This document shows, piece by piece, positions 1 through 16,653 of a stretch of DNA of 64,000 nucleotides. Under the pieces are notes generated by a model. The model was given only the letters and a program-made list of their open reading frames with translations, did not search any database and was not told the origin of the DNA. The translations under genes and the position numbers were made by a program. Position 1 is the stretch's first letter, and every line of letters begins with the position of its first letter. This DNA comes from Eledone cirrhosa. Taxonomy: Eukaryota. Location of the stretch: NCBI GenBank assembly GCA_964016885.1, contig OZ024748.1, positions 19,282,001 to 19,346,000 of the forward strand, written 5' to 3'.

Positions 1-32
<32 letters not shown>

Positions 33-743
33 ATTCTTTATAATTATCTCCAAATTATTTTGTTGAGCAAAAATTTGCCAAAACTGCTACTATAGTTCAT
101 AGTAATAGTTCGGCTACTGTCTTCTTAACACCCCACTCCTCACTGATTAACCTCGATGTCACGTGATTGATTCTTTTGAATTTGCCACCGACCAAGTAGG
201 CAGTGATTTTTTCAATGTCTTGGAATTTAGTCCTCGCTTGCTTTTTTTCCATCCACTGAATTATTTTTGTATAAGTTCCCTGTGTTCACGCATCGCCTGG
301 GAACTTAGCTAAGAATTGACTTCCTGATGACGAAAGGCATTCTCCATGTTGTCCATTCGGAAACCATGTTTATTCCCTTTCAGAAACTAATTAGTTGGAG
401 TGAAATTTTAGTAAGTAAGTTAATTTTTATAACATTCTTATTTTACGTCTTTCATATAATTGTTCTGCATCCCCTTGCATTGAACCACAAAGTTACTAAG
501 AAAAAGCCTATATATTTGCTAGCATAGGTATGCATCTGTATATATATGTTGGTAGATATACAAATTCTTTATAATTATCTCCAAATTATTTTGTTGAGCA
601 AAAATTTGCCAAAACTGCTACTATAGTTCATAGTAATAGTTCGGCTACTGTCTTCTTAACACCCCACTCCTCACTGATTAACCTCGATGTCACGTGATTG
701 ATTCTTTTGAATTTGCCACCGACCAAGTAGGCAGTGATTTTTT
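33..743 (+). mobile_element. ~180-bp direct repeat (33-213 = 564-743) enclosing a degenerate hammerhead-like motif; probable Penelope-like pLTR partial tandem
   Basis: Identical duplication of attctttataattatctcc...gcagtgattttttc. Between the copies is CTGATGA (~324) - cgaa...ttcg stem - GAAAC, with poor stems I and III. Confidence 0.55.
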
Positions 744-978
<235 letters not shown>

Positions 979-1285
979 GGGGTGAGGCAAAGATTGAGAG
1001 ATAAATAGATAGATAGATATGTTTATCTACTAGACTGAAATATCGCCGGGGCATTAAGCAGATATGTATCAATGCTGTTAATTAAAGATTTAAATCATCT
1101 CATCACCAAGATTCACATATAATACAATTATGCAATTATGCCTTATCAGAAATACGTACATATATACACACACATACACGTTTACATTTATATACATACA
1201 CATACACGAATTTATGCATACATACATACACATACACATAATTATACTTATACACTTATGCATACATACATACACATATGTGTCT

Positions 1286-1374
<89 letters not shown>

Positions 1375-1414
1375 TATAAATATATATATAAACATATATA
1401 TTTATACATATACA

Positions 1415-1448
<34 letters not shown>

Positions 1449-1551
1449 AATATATATATACACATATATATTTATACATATACATATATATATATATATT
1501 CATATATATATATATAAATATATATATACACATATATATTTATACATATAC

Positions 1552-1582
<31 letters not shown>

Positions 1583-1704
1583 AATATATATATACACATA
1601 TATATTTATACATATACATATATATATATATATATATATACATACATATGCATACATATATATATATACACATATATATATGTGTGTGCGTGTGTGTGTG
1701 CGAT

Positions 1705-1779
<75 letters not shown>

Positions 1780-2964
1780 GAAAGTACATACATTTACAGT
1801 CTTTTCTATAGCAGTCAGATATAGAAACAGAGACAGCAATATTATTTCTGTTACTATCATTTCTCGGATTATTTATTTATTTATTCATTTATTTGATATA
1901 ATGTAAGGTGATATATATATATAGTATCAGTGTTTCTAATCAATTATATCTTATACCGTCATATGTAACAGATATTCATACCGAATATGTAATATATCAT
2001 GTAATGTAATAATATCATTACACAATGTGAAGTAATGCAAAATAATATAATATATTATATATTGTGATATAATGTCATGTTGTGACACCTTGCTATATAG
2101 AATGTCATACATTTGTAAGAAAGAGAGGTGCAGGTGATTTAATTGATACAGGCAAACACACCGTTTACAGCTTTTATAAATAGCTGTGTTATGAAATGTC
2201 AAGTTAGATATACTTGAGATTTGAACTCAGAGAATTCAGCGATGGAGGTAAAAGTATTTTAACGCATGTCCTTTTTCTTTCTTGTATTAACTGTTAAGTT
2301 TAAAGGTCATTGATGACACACAAAACTTAATGATAATTCTTACAGGTTTGATCTTGTTTTGAGGACAAAAAGAAGTAATCCCTGATTTTATAGTTACAGA
2401 TAGCAAGGTAACGAATGGGTCAGGACAAAATGGAGCTCATGATTCTAATGCAGGTAAGATTAAATACACAAAAGGTAAGCAACAGGTAAGAAGAAGTGTT
2501 TATTCATCCGTGTAATAAATAGTATTAAGTGTTAAATAAATAAGAACATATATTTACGACACGGGCGAATAAGCACGTGGAAGACAATTCCCAAACATAA
2601 CTTCCTCCAGTTTGTTTCGTGTAACATACCTGTGCTAATATTTGTCAACAATCCTCACTCTCCATGCTCTACCTTTTGTTTGGTCCTACACCATTAAGTT
2701 CCACTCCCCTTCCACCCTCTCCTCATGCTCCACCACCACCACCACCTCCTCCTCATCATCAACGTCGTCATATTAATCGCCATATTCTTTATCCTCCTCC
2801 TCCTCCACCTCTTTCAATTCCTCCCCTTCCTCCTCTTCCTCCTCATCCCCCCGCCCCATCTTCCTCCACCACCTCCTCCTCCTACCCCTTTCACCCTCGT
2901 CCTCCCCCTCCTCCTCCTCCCCCTCCTCCTCTTCCTCCTCTTCCTCCTACATACAATATAAATA

Positions 2965-3089
2965 ATTCTTATTTCTCATTCTTTCTTCTTATGAAGGACT
3001 AGCGTCCAAGATTTTATGACCCTCTTCCTACTATTTCAAGCGTTAAACTAATATATTCTTCCCTTATATTGTACCGATTGCTGTTTACG

Positions 3090-3095
<6 letters not shown>
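2965..3095 (+). repeat. Diverged dispersed repeat homologous to 52790-52915
   Basis: Shared ttatttctcatt...ttcctactat..caagcgtt.aactaatatatt. Confidence 0.55.
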
Positions 3096-3175
<80 letters not shown>

Positions 3176-3394
3176 GTATGTATGTATCTATGTACGTAAT
3201 CATGTATGTGTGTATGCATATATGCTTCCGTAGTGATTTTTATTTTATATTTTAACTCAATAATATTGTTTTCCTATACAGTATTTCTAGCGCGACTTAT
3301 AAACGTAATTTATATAAAGTCTATCTTTTCAACATTGACATGATGTATGACATTGAACTAAAGAATCAACCCTTATATATAGTATTACGATTAT

Positions 3395-3429
<35 letters not shown>

Positions 3430-4284
3430 CATATATATACATACATATATATATATATACACACATAAATATATGTATATATATGCATATATATATATAT
3501 GTATACACACACACACACATATATATATATATATTTATATATCTATCTATATATATATATATAAGGATTTATACATATATATGACATTTTTATTTCCTAT
3601 AAATATTATTATGATTAGAGGAGAAAATAGTAATCAAATCCAAATTAATACAAGTTGTTGCTTATATTATTTTTATTATTTTCAATAAAAAAAAAAAGAA
3701 ACGTGTATGGTTTGAATGATTTAGTTTTAATGAGGCATAATTTAAGAAAACAGTTGAAGAGGAAATAGATTTTAAAATAACCCTCTTAGCTCACTTCGGC
3801 CCGTTTTTTTTTCTCAAAGCGTTAAACTTTTTATATATATATGTATGTATGTATATGTTCTTCTGGTTTTATAATTTCACAAAGTTTTACCAATAGAGAG
3901 TCGGTTTCTAACATAGACACAAGACTCACTCATTGGAATTTACACAACATCAACTAGGTAGATATGTATGTATGTATGCATACATGATGTGTAGATATGG
4001 ATGTTATTGTATATGTGGATGTGTATGTTTTGAGTTGTATGTGTGCATGTATATAGGCTTTGTATCTGTACATGTGTATATGCAGATGCAACATTTTTGG
4101 AATGTTTTACATATTTTTACTGTTCCATTAATGGATTGTACTTGTAATTTCCTAACTAGTTGTGTTCTTTCTGTTCCTGTGAAGCCTAGCTTCTCAAGAT
4201 TTGTATGTATGTATGTATGTATGTATGTATGTATGTATGTATGTATGTATGTATGTATGTATGTATGTATGTATGTGTAGTGTT

Positions 4285-4410
4285 TGTACCAGAGTTTTCA
4301 AGTCGCTGGCTGGACTAAAAAGTCACACTCGTTCAGCGCATCGGTAGGGGTTCTCCTACATGGATATAAAGTAGTGGCCGTACTCGAAAACGAGTTGGCA
4401 GCCACCATGT
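4285..4410 (+). mobile_element. Old fragment with a 3' end like the 6915/34070 element
   Basis: Ends ctcgaaaacgagttggcagccaccatg + TATG-like tail, resembling the reverse complement of the start of 6915. Confidence 0.4.
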
Positions 4411-4465
4411 ATTTATGTATTTATGTATGTACATATGTATTTATATATGTATCTTTCTATTTATC

Positions 4466-4547
<82 letters not shown>

Positions 4548-4568
4548 TATATATCTGTCTGTTTGTCA

Positions 4569-4642
<74 letters not shown>

Positions 4643-5137
4643 TTTCTTTCTCTGTCTCTCTCTCTCTCTGTTGCCAAGTTGGTGTAATCAGCTAAGACAT
4701 TTATCGTGACAATGAGAGTTGTGGGTTCTATTGCAATGCAAGCTTATGCCCATTTATTTTCCGCTCTGTCGGATGATTCGCCCAATTATTAGACTATATA
4801 CTGTAGTAAGCATGACGGCGAAAGCTATTAATTGGATTACATTTTCAAATTCCTCCACCATCCACTTAACACGTGATTATTTAAATGTGATGAAATATCA
4901 ATGATGGTTGGCAAATCACTGACGAAGGACTATTTTTATCATATGTAACCCATGTGCAACCACGCAGTATTCTTCTTTCTTCTCATGTTTTATATATATA
5001 TATACATATATATAAAATGTCTGGATATCTATATGTTTAACTATCTATATATATATGTGTGCATTTGGACATTTTAGTATTGTTCACTCTAAACAGTGAT
5101 TGAATAGGCGCGAGTCACCTCATCTATTATTACAAAT

Positions 5138-5226
5138 GTTTCTTCTTCTTCTTCTTCTTCTTCTTCTTCTTCTTCTTCTTCTTCTTCTTCTTCTTCTTCT
5201 TCTTCTTCTTCTTCTTCTTCTTCTTC
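5138..5226. repeat. (TTC)n microsatellite
   Basis: Pure TTC run. Confidence 0.95.
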
Positions 5227-5394
5227 ATATATTTCCAACTATTTATGAGTTATTCATTCACACTTGGTGACATATGTTTCACCCCCCCCCCTTCGCCTGC
5301 CCCTCCCTTCTATTATTACATTGTTACATATACAGTCGCATCTCTCTTTCTCCATCTTCAACTTACTCTAGGTTATGTAAATATCTACAAACGC

Positions 5395-6300
<906 letters not shown>

Positions 6301-6682
6301 AAAACAGAAATGGTTGAGTGGCAAATAATATTCCCTCCACTATTTAATTTCGTCCCTCCAGGACATAAGTACAATTTACTCAGATTTCAATATTTCAGCC
6401 TCACCATTTCAAACCTTTCCTCTCCTTCTTGCTCAGCCATTCATGTGACATCTAGTCTCACGCTTCCACCTACCCAACCCTGACAGGGAACCTAGAAATT
6501 CCTGAAATCAAATATACCCTGGTTTTTCCAAGAATTTTCCAATAAATATTTGAAAATGACCTAAATTTTATTATAATATGGCACTACCAAAAATGTTTTC
6601 CACCTACACATTAAACATTTAATGTGATTTGGCCCGTAAAATATGACGATTGCTTAAATAAAAGGACATTATATATTATACA

Positions 6683-6798
6683 TGAGTTCAAATCCCGCCG
6701 AGGTTCACTTTGCCTTTCATCCTTACGGGGTCGATAAAATAAAGTACCAGTAATGCACTGGGTAATTGCTGGCCTTGTGCCTAAAGTAGAAACAATTA
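6683..6798 (+). mobile_element. 5'-truncated tRNA-derived SINE, family A (Deu/Nin-type central domain)
   Basis: B box gagttcaaatcc; gcctttcatccttacggggtcgataaaataaagtacc; tail gtagaaacaatt. Confidence 0.85.
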
Positions 6799-6826
6799 TA
6801 TATTATACATGGAGTCATACATATAA

Positions 6827-6869
<43 letters not shown>

Positions 6870-6879
6870 CATACATACA

Positions 6880-6913
<34 letters not shown>

Positions 6914-6914
6914 C

Positions 6915-7220
6915 ATGATGGCTGCCCCCTCGTTATCGAGTATGGCCATTGCACGATATACCATTATTAATAATAATTAATTCTATCGTGCAATGCCTGC
7001 GCGTGGAGATATTTTTTTAAAGTGACGAAAGACTGAGCACTGAGCCAATCCCACTCTCTGAGCGACAGTAGCTATAACCCGAAAAGAAGAAAAGATCAAC
7101 ATCATCGGTAACTACTGAGCCGCAGGTTTTATATCGGAGTTATCCCAGTTTCCTGAGTTGCCTTCTCCTAGAAGAATGCCCTGACAAGGCTAGAGGTCCT
7201 TCACTCCGAGTGGTTTAACC
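6915..7220 (-). mobile_element. ~300-bp non-autonomous retroposon, probably RTE-related, with (TATG)n tail
   Basis: Second copy at 34070-34376. Minus strand carries ctaggagaaggcaactc, resembling an RTE 5'-UTR motif (from memory). Internal hairpin cattgcacgata/tatcgtgcaatg. Confidence 0.6.
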
Positions 7221-8039
7221 GCGCGATCGGGTGTCCAGCCCGACTATTTCTATGTCCCCGCGCATATACATACACATGCACCAATGCATATACACATATA
7301 CACACACATGTACATGTGTATATACATATTTACACACTTTTGGATGGCCGTTGACCCTTATGAGTTTTTCCGCCCTTTGCCATATATACATACATACATA
7401 CACACACACACATATATATATATATATATGTTTTTATATATGTTTATATATGAGTTCATGTTTAATGAATAACTGTATACACACATACATATCTGTGTGT
7501 GTGCATGTGTGTATGTTTGTGTGTGTTGAGTGTGTGTGTCTGCGTATGTAGGTGTCTATGTTTATGTGTGTCAGTATGTGTGTGTGTGTGTGTGTATTTG
7601 TGTGTGTATACCACAAGAACCACAAGTTTAAAAAAACTGAGACCGGAAAAGAAGCAGTAAAAAAAGAAAAAAACAGAAAAACAACCCCCTAAAAAACAAC
7701 AAAAAAACAGGGGTTGGGTGTGAACTTTGGAAGGGAAAACATTGCACCTCTCTTTTGCTGGATGGCAGCTCCCAGCAATTCCCTGCGGACAAGATGGCGA
7801 ATTACATTGCCATGGAAAACAACCAGCGACACCCGCTGCAAGACATCAGTAAGGAAAATATATTATATGATAGAATTCGTTCGAAATCGTTTACGAAGTT
7901 CGGTGGTTTTCAGTTCGTACCACACCTTAATATTCGGCTATGTAACGATTGTAGACTTTCAATATTTTAGTAAGAATTGTCATTCTGTTGTTTTTGTTGT
8001 TGTTCTTGTTATTGGATCTCCGTCGTTTGCGTCGACGAG

Positions 8040-8325
8040 TGTGTACTGGTTTTTCGAACAGTGAATTAAACAGGTCGTAGAATTAACATACACGTTGCTG
8101 AGCTTTCCGAAGACATATGTACCCTTAACCTAGTTTATAGAGAGAGATTCAACCTGTTTCAAGGCGTAACTAGGTTAGCTTTTTGAATTGGAAATACAAC
8201 TAATTTTTTAACTCAGATGAGTTGATCCGAATAATGTGAAATGGAAAGTCCTGCTCAAAGAAACAACGCTCGGTGGTAATCGAACACAAAACTTTATGAT
8301 CGTGAGCTGAACTTCTTCACTACTA
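8040..8325 (-). mobile_element. Old CORE-type SINE
   Basis: Degenerate ctgctcaaagaaacaacg...aatcgaac head and gtacccttaac tail shared with 35148 and 19420-19840. Confidence 0.55.
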
Positions 8326-9712
8326 ACATATCAGTAAAATAAAAGTAGAATTTGTTCAGGATGGTATAGTAAATAACGGTTTATTTCTCGAACGAAACAT
8401 CAGTTAACAATGTTTAACACCAAACTGCTTGAAATCATGTCTGGTTCGAGAATATAAAACACTTTCTTTTCAGATGTTTATATCTTTATAAAACGTTGCA
8501 TCCGAATTTTATATAAGAACCCGTATAAAGATATGTTCCGAAACACCAGCATAATAGCGAGCAAATTAATTAGATTATTAAATCTATGCCAATTCTTAAT
8601 AGTTTTTAAAATCATTTGAAAAGATTTAGTGGTGTCTGTCATGAGAAATATGTTAATGAAATAGTTCATATTCGGTTGTGTAACGGGCGTTGAACTTTAG
8701 TATTTTGGTGAGAATGGTAAGTTGAAAGACAACAGTTCTACACAGCACAGATGTCTATGTATAGCAAGCTGCTGTACACAAAAGATACTATTTAAATTTG
8801 GAGTAAGAACATTCCATTGACTCTCACTGAACTTTTAAAATGTTTTGGGAATGCCACTTTCAATGATGTCACGAATCTTCATATTTTATCATTTTTTTTC
8901 TTCCATTTTCGAGTCTCATGAGAACTGACGATTCTTCAAAGAAATGGCAAAACGATCTGGTTCCTTCACCATTTCCTCGCCGACGTTCTTTAGTTTTTAC
9001 GATTTTATACCCCCCCCCACACATATATATATAAACACACATGCATTCATACATGAATACAAGCATATATACATACATACAAACATACATACATACATAC
9101 ATGCATATATACATATACGTGCAAACATACATATATACATACATACAGACACATATATACATACAAGCATACATACAAACAAACATACATACATAATACA
9201 TTCATACGTAGATACATACATACATTCATATATACATACAAACATACATGCGTACAAAAATATTTACATATATACCTACGTACATACTTAATAATATATA
9301 AATGCATACATACATAAATACTTACATACATACATACATAGAAACGTGCATACATGCGTACATACGTACATGCATACATAGAAACATACATAAATACATA
9401 CATACATAGATATGTATACACACATAGAAAAATGCTTGCATAAAAGCCTGTATACATACCTATCAACATACACACATCCATACATATAGGACCATATTTA
9501 TGCATTGGGGGACCCGGGGCTTCTTGTATAACAACACACACACACATATATATATATATATGCATACATACATACAAATATACATGCATACACATAAGTA
9601 CATTTATACATATAAACATATATGTTCCGAAGAGATTGTTTTGGTAAAAATAGGAGTAAGCAGGAGAAAGCTCTCAACACTCGTAATTTGTAGTTCGATG
9701 GAGATTCAGTAT

Positions 9713-10262
9713 AATTGTTTCTACGTTAGGCACAAGGCCAGCAATTACCCAGTGTATTACTGGTACTTTATTTTATCGACCCCGTAAGGATGAAAGGCAA
9801 AGTTAACCTCGGCGGGATTTGAACTCAGAATAGCAAGGGCCGTAACTCTATGCTTTAAAGCATGGCGTCCGACTCTCTACCAATACTTGTTTCTACTTTT
9901 GGCACAAGGCCAGCAATTACCCAGTGCATTACTGGTACTTTATTTTATCGACCCCGTAAGGATGAAAGGCAAAGTTAACCTCGGCGGGATTTGAACTCAG
10001 AATAGCAAGGGCCGTAACTCTATGCGTTAAAGCATGGCGTCCGACTCTCTACCAATACTGCCAATCCACCAGTATAATAATTGTTTCTACTTTAGGCACA
10101 AGGCCAGCAATTACCCAGTGCATTACTGGTACTTTATTTTATCGACCCCGTAAGGATGAAAGGCAAAGTCAACCTCGGCGGGATTTGAACTCAGATCGTA
10201 AAGGGACGTAACTATGCTGGAAAGCATGGCGTCCGACCCTCTACCGATACTGCCAATCCACC
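9713..10262 (-). mobile_element. Three tandem family A SINEs (9713-9886, 9887-10070, 10079-10262)
   Basis: Three near-identical ~180-bp units with A/B boxes on the minus strand. Confidence 0.92.
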
Positions 10263-10314
10263 AGTATAATAATAAAATAAATAAAGATGCTGATGTTACA
10301 TAAAACGTTTAATC

Positions 10315-10494
10315 TGGCAGTATCGGTAGAGGGTCAGACTCCATGCGTTGACGCATAGAGTCACGGCCCTTGCCATTCTGAGTTCAAATGCCGCCGAGGT
10401 TAACTTTGCCTTTCATCCTTTCGGGGGTCGATAAAATATAGTACCAGTAACGCACTGGTAAATTGCTGGCCTTGTGCCAAACGTAGAAACAATT
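10315..10494 (+). mobile_element. Family A SINE
   Basis: A box tggcagtatcggtag, B box gagttcaaatgcc, central domain, tail. Confidence 0.9.
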
Positions 10495-10816
10495 ATTAGT
10501 GACGTATCCGGACGTCATTGGGTACAACGGGTCTTTCAATATCATACCGCCTTACTCAGAATATCCACCCAGGACAGATCAGGCCCCGAATAGCCTCGCA
10601 GCAGCAATAAACTACGGTTCATCTCTTTTATCCAGAGATACTTCTAGGCTTTCTCTGCTGCTACACTCGAGGACCGACTGGTTCTTGTTTTCACTAATCT
10701 TGTAAAGCCCTATCGACTATGGTTCTTACTGGGTGAGCATCCACCAAATCCGACAGTCCATATATCAAAAAGGTACTCAATACGTTAGTAGAGTATAGGC
10801 ATCGTTATGTTATTAT

Positions 10817-10989
10817 AGTATCGGTAGAGGGTCGGACGCCATGCTTTCCAGCATAGTTACGTCCCTTTACGATCTGAGTTCAAATCCCGCCGAGGTTGAC
10901 TTTGCCTTTCATCCTTACGGGGTCGATAAAATAAAGTACCAGTAATGCACTGGCTAATTGCTGGCCTTGTGCCTAAAGTAGAAACAGTT
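10817..10989 (+). mobile_element. Family A SINE
   Basis: Nearly exact reverse complement of 10079-10252. Confidence 0.9.
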
Positions 10990-11004
10990 ATGTTATTATA
11001 GAAA

Positions 11005-11074
11005 GCATTTTTACACGACTAGAACTGTTTCGTTCGTAAGAAACAGTTGTAAGTTGTAAGTCCTCAGTAATACA
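11005..11074 (-). ncRNA. Degenerate hammerhead-like motif related to the 25996 HHR
   Basis: Minus strand: CTGAGGA...GAAA cagttctagtcgtg TA; stems disrupted. Confidence 0.4.
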
Positions 11075-11418
11075 CTGATATAATTGCTGGCCTTGTGCCA
11101 AACGTAGAAACAATTATAATTATCTCAACAGTTCTCTAATATATGTCTGCCGGACACGCGAGCAGAAGGACGTGTGTTTTTTTTCCTGCCGGCAGCATAT
11201 CAATAAATCAGTTTTCATCTGAGGATACCGTTCTTATAACAATGCATGAATCACATCGAATGCATAATTCACATCTTGATTGCATGGAAGAAACGTTGAA
11301 ATAATTATAATGAATAAACGATTTATGTAACATCAGTGTTATTTAACATTTGTGTTATTTAACATTTGTGTTATTTGTGTTATTTGTGTTATTTGTATAT
11401 ACATATATAAATATAGGA

Positions 11419-11631
11419 ACGATCGACTTTCGTCAAATCGGACCGAGGGAACAACGTTTCCGTTGGTCGTTCCAATTGCTAATACTATCTATCGGTCGCA
11501 ACTCCAGGTAGAAGAAGCAACGTGAAATAAAGTGTCTTGCTCAAGGACATAACGCATCGCTTGGTCCAGGAATCGAACTCACAACCTTACGATTGCGAAT
11601 CCAATTCTCTAACCACTCTGCTACACACCTT

Positions 11632-11633
<2 letters not shown>
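11419..11633 (-). mobile_element. tRNA-derived CORE-SINE, family B
   Basis: Minus strand has a tRNA head (agtggttag; gagttcgattcc) and CORE-like gtccttgagcaagacacttta; other copies at 55204 and 63296. Confidence 0.85.
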
Positions 11634-11695
<62 letters not shown>

Positions 11696-11866
11696 CATAG
11701 ATACATACATACATGCATGCATGCATATATACATACATACATACATACATATATGCATGCATCTGTTCTATATTCTTTTGTACCTTCCGTGTATTAAGTC
11801 AATGGAGCGTGGTCAGGCTGGAGCATCATCTGAATTGATTTTATTAAGCCTGTAAACCTTTTTTTC

Positions 11867-11916
<50 letters not shown>

Positions 11917-11973
11917 TGTTTTATGGAATGTTATATACAGACATACATATATACATACACGCACGCAAACACA

Positions 11974-12006
<33 letters not shown>

Positions 12007-12070
12007 GTACATATGTATATATATATATATATGCATACAAACGCACTAACACTCACACATATATATATAC

Positions 12071-12101
<31 letters not shown>

Positions 12102-12261
12102 CATATATATATAAATGTATCTATATCTATATCCATATATATACAAACATATGCATATATCTATACACATAAACACACAAACATATATATATAACTCACA
12201 GTTGGGTGCGGATGCATTCATGTATATATGTGTGTGTCCGCATGTATCTGTGTGTTTCTAA

Positions 12262-12311
<50 letters not shown>

Positions 12312-12334
12312 ATGTATAGATATATGCATACGTT

Positions 12335-12376
<42 letters not shown>

Positions 12377-12525
12377 TACATATAACCATATGCACACACA
12401 AACACATATACACACACACACCCATAGGGTGTTAATTGCTGATAAGAGTATGTAAATATGCATTTGAACACTAGTTAATGAGAATGCATAGTCATGCACT
12501 AATGCACATAATGACAGTAACATAA

Positions 12526-12565
<40 letters not shown>

Positions 12566-12652
12566 CTATCTATATCTATATATATATGTATATGTTATAT
12601 ATGTTATATATATATGCATAAACATACGCATATATATATGCATATCCATATG

Positions 12653-12740
<88 letters not shown>

Positions 12741-12742
12741 TA

Positions 12743-12887
<145 letters not shown>

Positions 12888-13362
12888 CATTGTTTCTGTG
12901 TCTGAGTACATTTAAATAATACTTTTCTAGATATCAGGGTATATTTGTGGGAAAAAATCTCTGTTCCATATATATATATATACATGCATGTATGTATTTA
13001 AGTATATATATATGTATACATATGTATATATACATATATGTATATATATGTATATATATGTATACATATATATAGATATATATATGTATATGTATGAGTT
13101 TATTGTCGTGAGGAGGTATGTATATGCATTATAGTGTATGTCTAGATATTGTGTATGTATATGTGAGGCCTAAGTGCTAACTACCATAATGTGTATGATT
13201 ACTCCATGTTGCCTCTGTATGTCTCTACTACGTAGAACGCCATGTGTAACAGTGTTTGAAAACAAGAGAGCTATTGTCTGGGTATATAAACTTATACTCT
13301 GTAAGGAATCACATCACTTTCACTCTTTCTCTCCTACACACTCATACACACACTCATACACA

Positions 13363-13469
<107 letters not shown>

Positions 13470-13503
13470 TAACTATGGGTTATACATATATATGTATGTA
13501 TGC

Positions 13504-13640
<137 letters not shown>

Positions 13641-13916
13641 CGTATGTATATATGTATCTCTGTATATATATATGTATATATGTATATATATGTATATATG
13701 TATATATATATGTATATATATGTATATATGTACATATATATGTATATATGTATATATATATATACGTATGTATATATATATATATATATATATATAAAGT
13801 ATATATATATGTACATACATACATACGTGCATATACATATGCATGTATATATGTATATATATATGGGTGTGTGTGTGTATACATATATATAATATATATA
13901 TATATATATATACATA

Positions 13917-13981
<65 letters not shown>

Positions 13982-13998
13982 GTATATACATATATATT

Positions 13999-14035
<37 letters not shown>

Positions 14036-15038
14036 ATATATATATTTCAGGAAAGATATTATACACATAATATCAAATTTAACATAGGGAGGTTTGTAGT
14101 TATCTCCGTCTAAATTTTCCCTTCTTCCCCCATTTTTCGCGTCCATTTTTCGTTATTATTTCAACCCCACACTTCCACAACTCCACCCCACCCCTCCTCA
14201 TAGATTTTGAAATTTTCTTTCATTTTGTTTAATATTTCTTGTTTTTTTTTGTTTTCTTTTTTACACTTTTTAATTTATTTTTAATCTTTTATGTTTATGT
14301 TTGTTTTTTTCTTGTTGTTTTCTTTTTACTAATTTGCTGTTCGGGGTTCGGATAAGTTTTCTATTTTTCTTGCCTAGGAAGTGAGATATACATCCTTCAG
14401 GGGTTATATGTATATATGTATATATATATGTATATATATATATATGTATACATATATATATATATATTGATATATACATATATACATATATACATATATA
14501 CATATATACATATATATATATATATTGATATATACATATATACATATATACATATATACATATATATATTTGTGAATGAGTGTATAATGATATATACATA
14601 TATACATATATACATATATACATATATACATATATATATATATATTGATATATACATATATACATATATACATATATACATATATACATATATATATATA
14701 TATTTGTGAATGAGTGTATAATGATATATACATATATACATATATACATATATACATATATATATTTGTGAATGAGTGTATTGCGTATAGTGCGCCAATG
14801 TGGGTATGTGTGCGTGTGAGTGTGTATGTATATATGTGCGTGTGTGTCAATATATATGTATTCATCCTGAATATGTATATGGAAATAAACGGACATAGCT
14901 ATAAATCAACTTAAGCATCTCTAAACACATATATACATACATATATATACATACATACATACACATGTACATACATGCGTATGCGTACATACGGACATAC
15001 ACATGTACATACATAGATACATAGCTACTTTAGTATAT

Positions 15039-15168
<130 letters not shown>

Positions 15169-15474
15169 GCGCCAGTAGACAGATGTGTGTATATAGATTC
15201 TGGTGTGGTAACATTCTCTGATATCGCCATGTATGGGTGTGTCCCTATGAAAGAAACAACGCCAGTCTGTTAGGACAGACTTTAAAGGGTTTTAAGTTGC
15301 TCATTTCCCTGTCATTATAGATATGATGTGTGTGTTTTAATGATACGATTTAGGGGTCAGGGAGTAGAGGTGAAGACTAAATATGGGTCTATGGGTGGGC
15401 AAGGGAATAACTCTTCTTTTTACCAAGTGGTTCTTTAGAGAGAGTGCTGATTGCTGCCTCCATATCTCTGTGTC

Positions 15475-15646
<172 letters not shown>

Positions 15647-15664
15647 TATATTTATATATTTATT

Positions 15665-15703
<39 letters not shown>

Positions 15704-15719
15704 TATTTATATATTTATT

Positions 15720-15760
<41 letters not shown>

Positions 15761-15788
15761 AATATATATATGTATATATATATTTATT

Positions 15789-15829
<41 letters not shown>

Positions 15830-16088
15830 AATATATATATGTATATATATATTTATTTATGTATATATATATATATATATATATGTATAATATATATATG
15901 TATATATATATTTATTCATGTATATATATATATATATACACATATATGTATATATATGTATATACGTATGTATATATGGACAGCAATGAATACACACTCA
16001 TCTTCTGATGAGTGTGAGAAAAATGCCAGAGGATATATCTGTGACTATGTTATATGTATATGTATGCATGCATACATATACATATATG

Positions 16089-16220
<132 letters not shown>

Positions 16221-16235
16221 CATCTATCTATATAG

Positions 16236-16294
<59 letters not shown>

Positions 16295-16429
16295 TGTATG
16301 TATTATAAGTATGTATAATTCTTAGGATAGTCAGTTCATTATTTACAATACGAGATGTAGAGTTAAATTTATGATAAAGACAGTAAGTTCAAATTTCTGC
16401 TTTCACTGTCAAACATTCCTCATAAGATA

Positions 16430-16513
<84 letters not shown>

Positions 16514-16549
16514 CGCTTATGTTAGTTGATATATTAAATTATCTATATA

Positions 16550-16580
<31 letters not shown>

Positions 16581-16618
16581 GCCGATCTATCAAACAATCT
16601 CTCTCTCTCTCTCTCTAA

Positions 16619-16653
<35 letters not shown>

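Noticed and set aside
2664-3002. Proline-rich ORF (extensin/formin-like)
   Set aside because: Degenerate (CCT/CCA)n tract with no domain context.
10497-10790. GC-richer segment, possibly an old LINE 3' end on the minus strand
   Set aside because: No recognisable motif survives translation by eye.
11212-11302. CTGAGGA...GAAACGT with tttca/tgaaa flanks
   Set aside because: Possibly a decayed HHR, but stem II is weak and the cleavage triplet is missing.
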